A DNA stretch of 64,000 nucleotides from an uncultured Candidatus Saccharibacteria bacterium (GCA_964404925.1 CAYOLW010000001.1:105408-169407), one strand, 5' to 3'; positions 1 through 10,414 are shown, counted from the stretch's first letter. Numbers and translations are program-made. Notes: generated by a model from the letters alone, not told the origin.

Positions 1-356
1 AGAGCAGAATAGATGTGTCCTTCCATGTGGTTGATACCTATTAAAGGTTTATTATATTTTTCCGCCAATTCTTTTGCTTTATTAATACCAACACCAAGAG
101 CAATAGCCAGTCCGGGTCCATAGGTTACTGCTATTGCATCGATTTCTTCTATTTTTACTTTCGCACCTTCGAGTGCTGCTTCGATAACAAAATCAATATT
201 TTCCTCGTGCATGGTGCGAGCAATACCTGGTACAACTCCACCCCATTTTTTATGAATCTCAATCTGAGAAGAAATTTTATTAGTTAAAACCCGAGTGCCG
301 TTTGTTATGGCAACAGAAGTTTCATCACAGGATGTATCAATGGCTAATATATACAT
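1..356 (-). CDS. tsaD: tRNA N6-adenosine threonylcarbamoyltransferase TsaD (5' part; runs off the window)
   Basis: Manual translation from ATG at 356: [16 protein letters not shown]...[13 protein letters not shown]...IAVTYGPGL...INHMEGH, the TsaD/Kae1 motifs. Confidence 0.93.
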   Translation of the reverse strand, partial: MYILAIDTSCDETSVAITNGTRVLTNKISSQIEIHKKWGGVVPGIARTMHEENIDFVIEAALEGAKVKIEEIDAIAVTYGPGLAIALGVGINKAKELAEKYNKPLIGINHMEGHIYSA

Positions 357-357
357 G

Positions 358-1458
358 TTAGTTTGAATAATCGCTTACTGTAATTATCCTCTCATTTTCG
401 TGCGGTCCGTGCTCTATTTTAACCCAAATAATAATGGCGTTTTCAGAAGCTTTGCTCAAGAAGCCTGGAACTTTGTTAGCCCATTCGATCGAGAAGACAT
501 GCCCTTCGTTTATTTTATCCAAAAGACCTAATTCTTCTAGTTCATTTTCATCTGTTAGTCTCCAGGTATCGAGATGGTATAGCTTTGGATTTTTTTCTGC
601 ACTGTATGATCCGGCTACTGTTTCTATACTATATTCTTTTTCAATTATGAAAGTGGGGGATTGCACTGCACCTTTAATGCCGAGTGCGCTAGCAATACCT
701 TTCGTCATTTCTGTTTTGCCTGCGCCGAGCTCACCCTCAAGTGCTAAAATGACTGATTTGTATCCTAAATAATGTTTATACTTACTGATCAATTTAGCAC
801 CGAAAGATTGTGTTTCTTCACCATTCTCGGTTTTGAGTTTTTCTACTTCGGTTAACTTCATGTCGCCTTGGCGTAAAACCACCTCGCCACCTAATGTTGT
901 GTCTACAACAGTAGAAGGTTCACGTTTTGGTAGTTCTCCAGCGTCAATAATTAGATCAATTAATTCTTTTTGTTTATCTGAGATGTTTTCTAGGATATCA
1001 GAAATATCGTAGGGTTTTTTCTTGTACGATGCGTTAGCTGATGTGGCGGTAATAGGGTAACCAAGAGTGGATACAATTTTGCGTACAAGCTCGTAGTCAG
1101 GTATTCGTATACCTAAGGTTCCAGTTTCAGATTCAACCCCGGATGCTACAGTGTGTAGTCCACGAGAAACTACAGTGAGCGGTCCGGGCAAGAAGTTTTC
1201 GTACAAGTTGCGGGCAGTTTCGTTAATCTCAACATACTTTTGCGCCATGTCGATAGAATCAACAGCAATAGAAAGAGGCTTGCCTTCACGTCTGGTCTTG
1301 TATGAGAGTAATTTATTCACTGCTTCTTGGTTGGTAGCCATTGCACCGATTCCATAAACAGTTTCTGTAGGGAAAATGACCAATCCGCCACTTTGTAGTG
1401 TTAGGACAGCAGCTTCTATCACAGCTTCTTCATTGTCTATTTTTAGCACTTTCGGCAT
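358..1458 (-). CDS. Fusion of TsaC (Sua5/YrdC) and TsaE (YjeE ATPase)
   Basis: N-terminal [22 protein letters not shown] and STVVD (TsaC); C-terminal [19 protein letters not shown] and IEWA (TsaE). Confidence 0.92.
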   Translation of the reverse strand: MPKVLKIDNEEAVIEAAVLTLQSGGLVIFPTETVYGIGAMATNQEAVNKLLSYKTRREGKPLSIAVDSIDMAQKYVEINETARNLYENFLPGPLTVVSRGLHTVASGVESETGTLGIRIPDYELVRKIVSTLGYPITATSANASYKKKPYDISDILENISDKQKELIDLIIDAGELPKREPSTVVDTTLGGEVVLRQGDMKLTEVEKLKTENGEETQSFGAKLISKYKHYLGYKSVILALEGELGAGKTEMTKGIASALGIKGAVQSPTFIIEKEYSIETVAGSYSAEKNPKLYHLDTWRLTDENELEELGLLDKINEGHVFSIEWANKVPGFLSKASENAIIIWVKIEHGPHENERIITVSDYSN

Positions 1459-1534
1459 GTCTGGTTATTATACATTTTATACACAATTCGCAACTATTAT
1501 TGAAGTTAAAGCATTTTTTGTTTATTATGTGTAT

Positions 1535-2068
1535 ATGGAAGAAAGTAAACATGCTTCGTTTGTTAGAAACCTATTTGAGGAGAAGGCTGAACCACGACGG
1601 AAGATATATCACAGTATCAAGGCTAAGATAAATGCTCGCAGGACGTACATGGAAAAAGTAGCCGATGCAATGACCTCAAAATTCGGTAGTAATATATTCT
1701 TGCTAGCTAACGTGTGTCTTTTTGTTTGTTGGATTTTGATAAACACAGGGCAAATACAAAGCATCCCTGCGTTTGATCCATTTCCTTTTAGTCTACTTAC
1801 CACTATAGTTTCACTAGAAGCAATCATATTGGCTATCTTTGTTTTAATTTCTCAAAACAGAACTGCTAAAGTCGACGACCTGCGGGAAGAAATACACTTA
1901 CAACTTAACATTATTGCTGAACGGGAAATAACCAAGTTAATAAAGATGACTGCAATTTTACTTGAAAAACAGGGAGTAGATTTATCTAAAGACCCAGAAC
2001 TAAAAAAGATGATTCATCCAGTTGATGAGGCAGAAATACAAAGACAGTTAGAGAAAGAAATCTTGTAA
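1535..2068 (+). CDS. DUF1003-family membrane protein
   Basis: FDPFPFSLL...VSLEAI...VLISQNR motif; start trimmed to ATG 1535 to avoid overlap with the opposite-strand gene. Confidence 0.85.
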   Translation: MEESKHASFVRNLFEEKAEPRRKIYHSIKAKINARRTYMEKVADAMTSKFGSNIFLLANVCLFVCWILINTGQIQSIPAFDPFPFSLLTTIVSLEAIILAIFVLISQNRTAKVDDLREEIHLQLNIIAEREITKLIKMTAILLEKQGVDLSKDPELKKMIHPVDEAEIQRQLEKEIL

Positions 2069-2069
2069 A

Positions 2070-3101
2070 ATGGAAATTTTAGAAAACGTAGATTTAACAC
2101 CTTACAACACTTTCGGTGTTAGAGCTCAAGCAAAATTTTTTTGTGTTCTTGAAAGCACGAGCGATATACCAAGACTTTTTACACACAAGGAGTTTATTCA
2201 GAATAAAAGGCAATTCTTGGGTGGTGGAAGCAATGTTCTGTTCGTGCAGGATTTTCCAGGTCTGGTTATTTTAAACAAGCTAACAGGTATAGAAATATTA
2301 AAGGAAGAAAGGGAGGATGTTTTTATTCGAACCTTAAGCGGTACAAATTGGCATGAGTTTGTTCTGTTTGCGGTAGATCATAATTGGTGGGGGGTCGAAA
2401 ACCTGTCATTGATACCAGGTACTGTAGGTGGTGCGCCGATGCAGAATATAGGTGCGTACGGGGTAGAAGTTAAAGAAAGTGTATATGAAGTAGAAGCTTA
2501 CAATATATCTACTGGAGAAAAGAAGATTTTTCCAAATTCAGAATGCCAGTTTGGCTATAGAGACAGTATATTTAAACAAGAATTAAAAGAAAAGTATTTT
2601 ATTTCTGCAGTGGTTTTTAAACTAAGTAAAATTCCTAGAATCAATACTTCTTATCGAATATTAGCTGATTACCTGGATAAAAATAACATTAATATAAAAA
2701 CACCCAAAGACATTAGTGACGTAGTTATTGCTATTAGAGAGAGTAAATTACCAAATCCAAAAATAATTGGTAATGCCGGAAGTTTCTTTAAAAATGTTTA
2801 TGTAGAAAAAGAAAAATTAACAGAGCTTTTAAAAACTTTTCCAGACATGCCTTTTTTTGACGAGGATCAAAAAATTAAAATTCCAACAGGCTGGTTAGTC
2901 GAACAATGTGGACCTGAAGATGGTGTGAGCTGGAAGGGGTCTCGAGTTGGTAATGTGGGTGTACACGACAAACAAGCTTTGGTTTTAGTAAACCATGGTG
3001 GTGGAACTGGTATGGAACTTTATGATCTAGCGCAGCTTATTATATCTAGTGTGTATACTAAATTTGGTTTAAATATTGCTCCAGAGGTTAATATTGTTTA
3101 G
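2070..3101 (+). CDS. murB: UDP-N-acetylmuramate dehydrogenase
   Basis: GGGSNVLF, IPGTVGGAPMQNIGAYG, FGYRDS, GNAGSFFKN, ALVLVN. Confidence 0.97.
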   Translation: MEILENVDLTPYNTFGVRAQAKFFCVLESTSDIPRLFTHKEFIQNKRQFLGGGSNVLFVQDFPGLVILNKLTGIEILKEEREDVFIRTLSGTNWHEFVLFAVDHNWWGVENLSLIPGTVGGAPMQNIGAYGVEVKESVYEVEAYNISTGEKKIFPNSECQFGYRDSIFKQELKEKYFISAVVFKLSKIPRINTSYRILADYLDKNNINIKTPKDISDVVIAIRESKLPNPKIIGNAGSFFKNVYVEKEKLTELLKTFPDMPFFDEDQKIKIPTGWLVEQCGPEDGVSWKGSRVGNVGVHDKQALVLVNHGGGTGMELYDLAQLIISSVYTKFGLNIAPEVNIV

Positions 3102-3165
3102 TTTGGTTAAATAAGTTCCTCGCGGTATAATATTGTTGCATTATTAACGATAATTTATTTTTTTT

Positions 3166-3636
3166 ATGAAAAACAAGATGTGGCTTTGGATATTAATAGT
3201 AGTCGTAGTTGTGGCTGGTTTGGTCTTTGTGACCTATAGAGGCTATAACTCAAAAGAAAATAGTATGGTAGAAGGAGTAAAGATAACAATATTACAAGAA
3301 GGTAGTGGTGATGTGGCTAAATTCGGCGACCGAGTTTCCATGAACTATACGGGTAAATTAACCAACGGAACTGTGTTTGATTCAAACATAGATCCTAAGT
3401 TTAACCATCCGGTACCATTTGAGTTTACATTAGGTGGAGGCGAGGTTATAAAAGGCTGGGATAACGGTATCGATGGAATGAAGGTTGGAGAGAAAAGAAC
3501 TTTAGAGATTGAACCTGCATATGCCTACGGCGAGCGTGGTATCGGACCCATTCCTCCAAATTCAACTTTAGTTTTTGATGTTGAACTATTATCAATTAAT
3601 AAAGCTAGTGAAGGTGCACAAGATGCAGCTAACTAA
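3166..3636 (+). CDS. FKBP-type peptidyl-prolyl isomerase with N-terminal membrane anchor
   Basis: YTGKLTNGTVFDS, VIKGWD, AYG, IPPNSTLVFDVELL. Confidence 0.95.
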   Translation: MKNKMWLWILIVVVVVAGLVFVTYRGYNSKENSMVEGVKITILQEGSGDVAKFGDRVSMNYTGKLTNGTVFDSNIDPKFNHPVPFEFTLGGGEVIKGWDNGIDGMKVGEKRTLEIEPAYAYGERGIGPIPPNSTLVFDVELLSINKASEGAQDAAN

Positions 3637-3645
3637 TAAAAATAT

Positions 3646-4449
3646 ATGGAAATAGAAACAAAACAAAAAAATAGAATTCTACGTTCATTTTGGATTTTAC
3701 TTATAATTTTGTGTGTATATTTTGGTGTGTTGACCGCCAAGTCTATGGATAATGGACCAAAAGATGTTCAGAACACTATTACTGTGACTGGTCACGGGGA
3801 AGTAACCGCTGTGCCTGATTTGGCTACTATTTACTTCACCGTAGAGTCTAGTAAAGACACCCAGAAAGCAGCTGGTGAAGAAGTAAACGGTAAAGTAAAA
3901 AACATTTTAGCTTTCTTGAAAGACAATGACATTGCTGACAAGGATATCAAGACTGATGCATATAATTCATATCCAAAATACTCACAACAAAGACCATGCC
4001 CTGTGTACTATGGTGCGCCTGTTGACGTAGCGCCATGTGAAGTAGGAGAATCAAAAATTATTGGATATACCGTATCTCAAAGCATAACAGTAAAAATTAG
4101 AAAGATTGATGATAGTTTGTCTACTGTTATTGATGGTATAAATAAATTTGGTGTAACCAACATGAATGGTCCTTCAATGACCATCGACAAGCAAGATGAT
4201 CTAAAAGTTGAAGCTCGCAAGAAAGCTATAGATGAGGCAAAAAAGAAAGCTAAGGTTTTAGCAAAAGACTTGGGTGTTAGGTTGGGCGATGTCACATCTT
4301 TTAGCGAAAATGGAGGTGGATACCCTATGTATTTCGCAAAAAGTGAAGTAATGATGGATAGTGCTGCAGGTTCCGCCCCAACTCCAGAACTTCCAAAGGG
4401 CGAGAACACTATTTCCTCTGATATAACTATTGTTTACGAAATCAAGTAA
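3646..4449 (+). CDS. SIMPL/DUF541 domain protein
   Basis: N-terminal TM helix; ITVTGHGEVTAVPD and ARKKAIDEAKKKAKVLA patterns. Confidence 0.88.
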   Translation: MEIETKQKNRILRSFWILLIILCVYFGVLTAKSMDNGPKDVQNTITVTGHGEVTAVPDLATIYFTVESSKDTQKAAGEEVNGKVKNILAFLKDNDIADKDIKTDAYNSYPKYSQQRPCPVYYGAPVDVAPCEVGESKIIGYTVSQSITVKIRKIDDSLSTVIDGINKFGVTNMNGPSMTIDKQDDLKVEARKKAIDEAKKKAKVLAKDLGVRLGDVTSFSENGGGYPMYFAKSEVMMDSAAGSAPTPELPKGENTISSDITIVYEIK

Positions 4450-4540
4450 TTAAGAGGGGTCTCGTTTGACTAATTCGTAAAAAAAGAGTATATTTAAAGA
4501 GCCCCCTAAAAGGGCTTTTTAAATAACAGAAAAATTTAAA

Positions 4541-4729
4541 ATGTCTAAAATCACTGAATATTTTAAGGAAACAAAGACTGAATTAACACACGTTGTGTGG
4601 CCGACAAGGAGTTTGACCATTTTTTACACTATTGTGGTTATTATTTTGTCTGTTTTGGTGGCTTATTTCTTGGGTGCATTTGATGCATTATTCTCATTCG
4701 GACTTAAGCAAATTATTTTCTTTAGATAA
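4541..4729 (+). CDS. secE: Preprotein translocase subunit SecE
   Basis: ELTHVVWPT motif plus one TM helix; upstream of nusG. Confidence 0.95.
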   Translation: MSKITEYFKETKTELTHVVWPTRSLTIFYTIVVIILSVLVAYFLGAFDALFSFGLKQIIFFR

Positions 4730-4742
4730 TTATTTTTTAAAT

Positions 4743-5288
4743 ATGGCAAAACAAGAAGAACAAGGTAAAAGGAATTGGTATGCAATCCACACTTATGCTG
4801 GTTATGAAAATGTGGTTTTGCGTAATCTAAAACAGCGTACTGAATCCCTGGGCATGCACGATAAGATTTTTAATGTGATTGTACCAGTTGAGAAGAAAAT
4901 CAAAATTAAAGCTGGTAAAAGAGTAGAAGTGGAAGAAAAGATATACCCTGGCTATGTGCTCGTAGACATGATTGTAACCGATGATTCTTGGTATGTAGTA
5001 CGTAATACACCTCGTGTGACAGGATTCGTTGGTGCAGGAGTTAATCCTGTTCCACTTGCTAAAGAAGAAGTTGATTATCTCTTTAAGAAAATGGAAGGCA
5101 ACCAAACTAAACACAATATTGATTTGGCTATTGATGAATCAGTGCTTATTACCGACGGACCGTTTAAAGATTTAGAAGGTAAGGTAAATACAGTTGATAA
5201 CGAACGCGGCAAGGTAAAAGTATTAGTATCAATGTTCGGTCGTGAGACACCAGTAGAACTTGATTTCTTGCAAGTTAAGAAGATATAA
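4743..5288 (+). CDS. nusG: Transcription factor NusG
   Basis: WYAIHTYAGYE, YPGYVLV, VRNTPRVTGFVG, MFGRETPVEL; start trimmed to ATG 4743. Confidence 0.97.
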   Translation: MAKQEEQGKRNWYAIHTYAGYENVVLRNLKQRTESLGMHDKIFNVIVPVEKKIKIKAGKRVEVEEKIYPGYVLVDMIVTDDSWYVVRNTPRVTGFVGAGVNPVPLAKEEVDYLFKKMEGNQTKHNIDLAIDESVLITDGPFKDLEGKVNTVDNERGKVKVLVSMFGRETPVELDFLQVKKI

Positions 5289-5354
5289 AACCATATATTT
5301 AACTAGCTTCTAAGTTAAATTATGTATAAAGATTAAAAAAGTAATAAAAAAGAT

Positions 5355-5780
5355 ATGGCAAAGAAAGTAACAAAAAAGATTAAATTACAGATTGAAGCAG
5401 GTAAAGCAACCCCAGCTGGAAAGCTTGGTCCTGCGCTTGGTCAGGCTGGTATTAACATCGGAGACTTCGTAACTAAATTCAACGCAGCTACTTCTAAGAT
5501 GATGGGACACGTGGTATCAGTAGTTATATCAGTTTTCGAAGACCGAACATATGATTTCATAGTAAAGACTCCTCCAGCTACTGGACTAATACTGAAGGCT
5601 GCTGGCATAACCAAAGGTTCAGGTAAAAATGCAGTTTCTAAAGTTGGTAAAATTACCCGCGCTCAAGCATTGGAAATCGCAAATTTCAAAGGTGCTGACA
5701 TAAACGCAAAAGACGACGAAGGTAAGATAGCTATTATTGCTGGATCTGCTCGAAGTATGGGCATCGAAGTTAAAGACTAA
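5355..5780 (+). CDS. rplK: 50S ribosomal protein L11
   Basis: AGKATPA, GPALGQAG, KTPP, GSARSMG. Confidence 0.97.
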   Translation: MAKKVTKKIKLQIEAGKATPAGKLGPALGQAGINIGDFVTKFNAATSKMMGHVVSVVISVFEDRTYDFIVKTPPATGLILKAAGITKGSGKNAVSKVGKITRAQALEIANFKGADINAKDDEGKIAIIAGSARSMGIEVKD

Positions 5781-5784
5781 CAAC

Positions 5785-5864
5785 AAAAACCAAAGATAGT
5801 AAAATTTTCGAGGGTATAGGGCCAATTCTAGAGACCATTCAAAAATTTTCTATCTTTGGTTTTT
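5785..5864. repeat. Long palindrome, probably a bidirectional terminator; loop motif shared with 12446-12515
   Basis: Arms aaaaaccaaagatag / ctatctttggttttt between convergent rplK and dcd; loop contains caattctagagacca. Confidence 0.75.
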
Positions 5865-5879
5865 TAATTTCTAATTTAT

Positions 5880-6416
5880 TTAGAACTCATTCTTCCACAT
5901 CATGGACTCGCGAGGGAGGTGTTCTTGATTTACGTATTTTGGATTCTTTTTCTTGCTATATAGTCGGTCTACTTTACCATCTACTTTATAGTAAATAAGC
6001 TGCCCGATAGGCATGCCGGCATAAATGCGGACTGGCTTTGAAGTTGAAAGTTCAAGTGTCCAGTAGCCACAGAATCCTACATCACCTTTACCAGCGGTGG
6101 CATGAATGTCTATACCAAGTCTGCCGGTGGAAGACTTACCTTCAACGAAAGGAACGTGTTCATGCGTTTCAGTGTATTCTAGTGTTGATCCAAGGTAGAG
6201 TTGTCCTGGTTTTAAAACAAATCCGGATTTTGGTATTTTGAAATGTTTAATTTTATTGTGCTTTTTAGCATCCAGTGTTTTGTCGGTGTATTGGGCTAGG
6301 TGAGGGGAAAGGTGTACATCGTAGGAATTGCTACCCATATTCTCCACATCAAAAGGGGTAATAACTATTGTGCCTTTTTTAATTTCGGACAAGATTTTTT
6401 TATCAGATAAAATCAT
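5880..6416 (-). CDS. dcd: dCTP deaminase
   Basis: MILSD, SYDVHL, EGKSSTGRLG, GDVGFCG, PIGQL. Confidence 0.95.
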   Translation of the reverse strand: MILSDKKILSEIKKGTIVITPFDVENMGSNSYDVHLSPHLAQYTDKTLDAKKHNKIKHFKIPKSGFVLKPGQLYLGSTLEYTETHEHVPFVEGKSSTGRLGIDIHATAGKGDVGFCGYWTLELSTSKPVRIYAGMPIGQLIYYKVDGKVDRLYSKKKNPKYVNQEHLPRESMMWKNEF

Positions 6417-6428
6417 GGTGTTAGTTTC

Positions 6429-6914
6429 TCATATTCGCTCATATTCCGCAAACTCCATATCGTATGGATTTTCTGCGTCTTTTGCACGGAAAGTGCTTTT
6501 TATTTTTTTCCATTTGGTGATATCGATAACGGGTAAGAAGACATCAGATTCTTTGAATTCTCCGTTTACGTGTGTGATATATAATTTATCTGCATTTTCT
6601 ATCGATTCTTTATAAATCTCTGCACCACCGATTATAAACACTTCTTCTTTTTCGTCTGTTAGTCTCAATGCTTCTTTAAGGGTGTGAGATACCTCGACGT
6701 TTTCAAATTTATATTCAGGGTTTCGAGTAATTATTATATTTTTCCTATTTGGTAGCGCTTTGCCAATACTTTCAAAAGTTTTGCGACCCATGATGACGGA
6801 GTGTCCACGAGTAGTGTCACGAAAATGCTGCATATCAGAAGGCAGATGCCACAGCAGGGAATTATTACCACCTAGTTCGTTATTTTTACCAATTGCTGCA
6901 ATAAGAGAAATCAT
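6429..6914 (-). CDS. folA: Dihydrofolate reductase
   Basis: WHLPSD, MGRKTFESI, LPNR, IIGGAEIY. Confidence 0.97.
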   Translation of the reverse strand: MISLIAAIGKNNELGGNNSLLWHLPSDMQHFRDTTRGHSVIMGRKTFESIGKALPNRKNIIITRNPEYKFENVEVSHTLKEALRLTDEKEEVFIIGGAEIYKESIENADKLYITHVNGEFKESDVFLPVIDITKWKKIKSTFRAKDAENPYDMEFAEYERI

Positions 6915-6916
6915 AA

Positions 6917-7870
6917 TTATACAGCTATGGGAGCCTTAATACTTTCATGCGGATTATAATCGACTAATTCAAAATCCTCGATAACAAAATCCTCTATATT
7001 CTTTTTATCCGGATTTATTTTAATTGTTGGCAATTTACGAATGTCTGACTTGCGTGATATTTGCAAACGAGCTTGCTCGAAGTGGTTGGAGTATAAATGC
7101 ACATCGCCTCCGGTCCAGACGAATTCACCTGGTGTGAGCCCGGTGATTTGAGCTATGATCATGACCAGTAGGGCATATGACGCTATGTTGAAGGGTAATC
7201 CAAGGAATGTGTCACAACTCCTTTGATATAGCTGGCAGGAGAGTTTACCATCCGCTACATAGAACTGAAAGAAGCAATGACACGGCGGAAGACCAGACTT
7301 GGCCATCTCGTCTATGTCCGCCACATTCCAAGCAGAGACTATCATCCGGCGAGAGTCAGGAGTATTTTTTATTTGTTCTATTACATTTTTTAGCTGGTCT
7401 ATGTGACCACCATTCGGTGTCGGCCAGTTTCTCCACTGATATCCATAGATGGGTCCAAGATTACCGTATTTTTTTGCAAAGTCTTCGTCTTCTTTTATTT
7501 TTTCAATAAAGACCTTAAGACCTTCTTTCCATTCCAAGCTATCACTTTTTGGTACTGGTAAATTGTTTTTTATTAAGTAAGCCTTGTAAGGCCATTCATC
7601 CCATATGTGCACATTGTTGTCTGCTAGATATTTTAAATTGGTGTCTCCACGCAGGAACCAGAGTAGTTCATGAATAATTGCCTTTATAGGCACCTTCTTG
7701 GTGGTGAGTAGGGGAAAGCCATCTGCTAAATTAAATCGTATTTGATAACCTAAAACACTCTTTGTCCCAGTGCCAGTGCGGTCTGTTTTGTCGGCACCAT
7801 TTTTTAAAATATGTTCCAGTAGTTCAATATAGGACTCATCTGCATGTTTACCCGAAAGACCATTTTGCAT
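6917..7870 (-). CDS. thyA: Thymidylate synthase
   Basis: [38 protein letters not shown]; start trimmed to ATG 7870. Confidence 0.97.
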   Translation of the reverse strand: MQNGLSGKHADESYIELLEHILKNGADKTDRTGTGTKSVLGYQIRFNLADGFPLLTTKKVPIKAIIHELLWFLRGDTNLKYLADNNVHIWDEWPYKAYLIKNNLPVPKSDSLEWKEGLKVFIEKIKEDEDFAKKYGNLGPIYGYQWRNWPTPNGGHIDQLKNVIEQIKNTPDSRRMIVSAWNVADIDEMAKSGLPPCHCFFQFYVADGKLSCQLYQRSCDTFLGLPFNIASYALLVMIIAQITGLTPGEFVWTGGDVHLYSNHFEQARLQISRKSDIRKLPTIKINPDKKNIEDFVIEDFELVDYNPHESIKAPIAV

Positions 7871-7907
7871 GTATTCATTATGCCCGACTAAGAAAGCATT
7901 TACAAAT

Positions 7908-8138
7908 TTGACAATTTTTGTAATCAATGCTATTCTTTAAACATCATTCTCAATCCCTATCGAAAGGGAACAGTCCTGCATTAGGTAGGACAACTTATTT
8001 ATAAAGAGACTGACATTCCCACTACGCTTACAGCTACGCGGGATAAGTGTGGAGATCATTTATGACTTTTGTGTTCGCCCGGCCAAAGCCCTTGGCGACG
8101 GCGGGTCGTGGTGATGATATCCAGACACAAAAAATTAT
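7908..8138 (+). promoter_or_regulatory. Sigma70-type promoter and ~195-nt structured 5' leader of the DEAD-box helicase gene
   Basis: TTGACA(7908)-17-TATTCT(7931) with extended TG; several GC-rich hairpins follow. Confidence 0.6.
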
Positions 8139-9503
8139 ATGATGAAAACACGCAGTCATGCGGGACAGAAATCTTCTGGTCCACGCAAATCTTCTCATGC
8201 TATTGGCGGGGGAAGCTACAGGTTTGGGGGCACTGGTTCAAAACCAGCACCATCAAGACCAGCTTATAAAGGAGGAGGCTCCGCTCATGCGGCTTCTTTT
8301 TCTAGTAGACCAAAACCAAGTTTTAATGTATCTACTCGTCCATTTCGTGGTAAAGGTGGAGCAGGTTTTGGAGGTGGTCGCGGCCGGGGTAAAGCTCGTG
8401 GTGAGCGTATCGACTTTTCTCGCTTTATTCAAAAGGCAGTTTATGTAGAAGAAAAGCCTTACGTTTCAAAGCATACTTTTGCAGACTTTCCCTTTGATGC
8501 TCATTTGAAGAAAAATATTGAAAAGAAGGGTTATGTAAGCCCACGTCCAATTCAAGATCAATCGATTCCTTCTGTTTTAGAGGGTAAGGACGTTTTCGGT
8601 ATGGCAAACACAGGTACAGGTAAAACCGCAGCATTCTTACTGCCGCTTGTAGACAAAGTGATGAAGAATAAAAGCGAGAAAGTTCTCGTACTTGCACCGA
8701 CACGCGAACTGGCTATTCAAATAGAAGAAGAACTACGTTCACTTGCAACTGGTACTGGATTCTACGGAGTATGTGTGGTGGGAGGCATGCCTATTAATAA
8801 ACAGATTAATGAAATAAAACGTGGAGTGTCTTTTGTCATTGGTACTCCAGGACGAGTAACAGACTTGATCAAAAGGAAGATTCTAGATTTATCTAATTAT
8901 AGATCTGTTGTATTAGACGAAGCAGACCGAATGCTTGATATGGGATTCCGTGAAGACATGGTTTCTATATTAGGTAAAATGCATGCAGATAGGCAGACAC
9001 TTTTCTTCTCGGCGACTCTCTCACCTGAGATTAAGAAATTAACAAATGATTTCTTGAAAGACCCAGTATTCATATCCGTTATCAAGGGTGAAACTGCAAA
9101 AAATATTGATCAAGATGTAGTCCGAGTAAAAACCGAACAAAAATTCGACAAGCTTTGCGAAGTCCTAAAGGAAGAAGGCACAGACAAAATTCTAATTTTC
9201 CGGGAAATGAAACACGCTGTAGATACCTTAACCAAAGACTTGCACAAGGCTGGTTTTAAGGTTGGATGTATTCATGGTGATAAACGAAGCCGCGAGAGAT
9301 TGCGAACACTCGACCTATTCAAGAAAGATCAGATCAATATTCTAATCGCTACTGATGTGGCCGCTCGCGGACTTGATATCCCAGACGTGACTCACGTTAT
9401 CAATTACGATGTGCCGCAGACTTACGACACCTATGTGCACCGCATCGGCCGAACCGGACGTGCCGGCAAAAAGGGAACTGCACTAACTTTCGTCCCTGCG
9501 TAA
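8139..9503 (+). CDS. DEAD-box RNA helicase (RhlE-like) with N-terminal Gly/Arg-rich extension
   Basis: TGTGKT, PTRELA, DEAD, SAT, ARGLD, HRIGRTGR. Confidence 0.96.
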   Translation: MMKTRSHAGQKSSGPRKSSHAIGGGSYRFGGTGSKPAPSRPAYKGGGSAHAASFSSRPKPSFNVSTRPFRGKGGAGFGGGRGRGKARGERIDFSRFIQKAVYVEEKPYVSKHTFADFPFDAHLKKNIEKKGYVSPRPIQDQSIPSVLEGKDVFGMANTGTGKTAAFLLPLVDKVMKNKSEKVLVLAPTRELAIQIEEELRSLATGTGFYGVCVVGGMPINKQINEIKRGVSFVIGTPGRVTDLIKRKILDLSNYRSVVLDEADRMLDMGFREDMVSILGKMHADRQTLFFSATLSPEIKKLTNDFLKDPVFISVIKGETAKNIDQDVVRVKTEQKFDKLCEVLKEEGTDKILIFREMKHAVDTLTKDLHKAGFKVGCIHGDKRSRERLRTLDLFKKDQINILIATDVAARGLDIPDVTHVINYDVPQTYDTYVHRIGRTGRAGKKGTALTFVPA

Positions 9504-9545
9504 AATTTCATATAATACCAGTATTACCAATTCACATTTTTATAT

Positions 9546-9743
9546 ATGGCAAAAGGAATGGAGAGAGGTTGGGATCCAGGAATGAAGAAACCTAAGCATG
9601 ATACTGGTGGAGTCAAGGTAAATCAAGATGGTAGCCTGGAGGAGAAAAAAAGAATAATGCCTTGTGGTGCACAAGTGGCAGATACCGAAGAAGCTGAATA
9701 CAGTTACAGATCTAACTGTGATAAGTGTACAACATTATTTTAA
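9546..9743 (+). CDS. Small hypothetical protein
   Basis: ATG ORF between the helicase and a terminator; three Cys including CDKC. Confidence 0.5.
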   Translation: MAKGMERGWDPGMKKPKHDTGGVKVNQDGSLEEKKRIMPCGAQVADTEEAEYSYRSNCDKCTTLF

Positions 9744-9745
9744 GT

Positions 9746-9777
9746 AACTAAAAACACCCCTCGGGGTGTTTTTAGTT
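9746..9777. terminator. Intrinsic terminator
   Basis: aactaaaaacacccc-tc-ggggtgtttttagtt. Confidence 0.85.
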
Positions 9778-9871
9778 TGACAAATCATGATTATTCATGT
9801 ATATTGATTTTGAATCGAAGAACGCACCGTGCGTTCTTTTTTATTGTTGTACATTTAAAAATTTATTCTCA

Positions 9872-10285
9872 ATGAGGAAAGAAAAGTCCATTTACAACCT
9901 CTCTCCAGGTTGGTTGATGCATCGTTTGACCTTGAAGAAAACATTACAAAACACAGAACTCTTTAATCAGATTTGCATTCTTGTGTCCAGGAGATTGCAA
10001 GAGCGAAAGAGGCATTATAAAAAACCTTTTCCGGATGGAGAGTATAGGTTTTCTGTGTCTTTAAGTGGAACAACTTTTGACGGTTGTATTTTTAAAGAAA
10101 GTTTTGAAGATATTTCATTATTGTCTGGCAACAGGAAACAAATAGCAGTGTTTTTGATTGAAATCCAGGGCAATAATGTGGTGTTTCAGGACTTAGAGTC
10201 AAAAGGTTCAAAACTTAGTCCGATAACATGTAAAGAAATTGGGATAGTGATTCTTAAGCAAATGGGATTTAAAATTTTAAACTAG
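9872..10285 (+). CDS. Hypothetical protein
   Basis: Orphan ORF; start at 9872 or 9797 is uncertain; no motif recognised. Confidence 0.5.
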   Translation: MRKEKSIYNLSPGWLMHRLTLKKTLQNTELFNQICILVSRRLQERKRHYKKPFPDGEYRFSVSLSGTTFDGCIFKESFEDISLLSGNRKQIAVFLIEIQGNNVVFQDLESKGSKLSPITCKEIGIVILKQMGFKILN

Positions 10286-10291
10286 TTCGTC

Positions 10292-10414
10292 ATGGCAAAA
10301 CACTCGCACATTTTTTACTTCACAGGCACAACTAAGCCTGGCATGTTTGGAACCCTAAAATTGTATGCATGTAGCTACCCAGGCTGCAACAAAACCGATT
10401 GGAAATACTATTAG
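10292..10414 (+). CDS. 40-aa His/Cys microprotein (not in the ORF track)
   Basis: MAKHSHIFYFTGTTKPGMFGTLKLYACSYPGCNKTDWKYY; starts 6 nt after the previous stop and is followed by a terminator. Confidence 0.5.
   Translation: MAKHSHIFYFTGTTKPGMFGTLKLYACSYPGCNKTDWKYY

Noticed and set aside
1376-1534. N-terminal extension of the DUF1003 ORF
   Set aside because: It overlaps the start of the opposite-strand tsaC-tsaE gene; ATG 1535 fits better.
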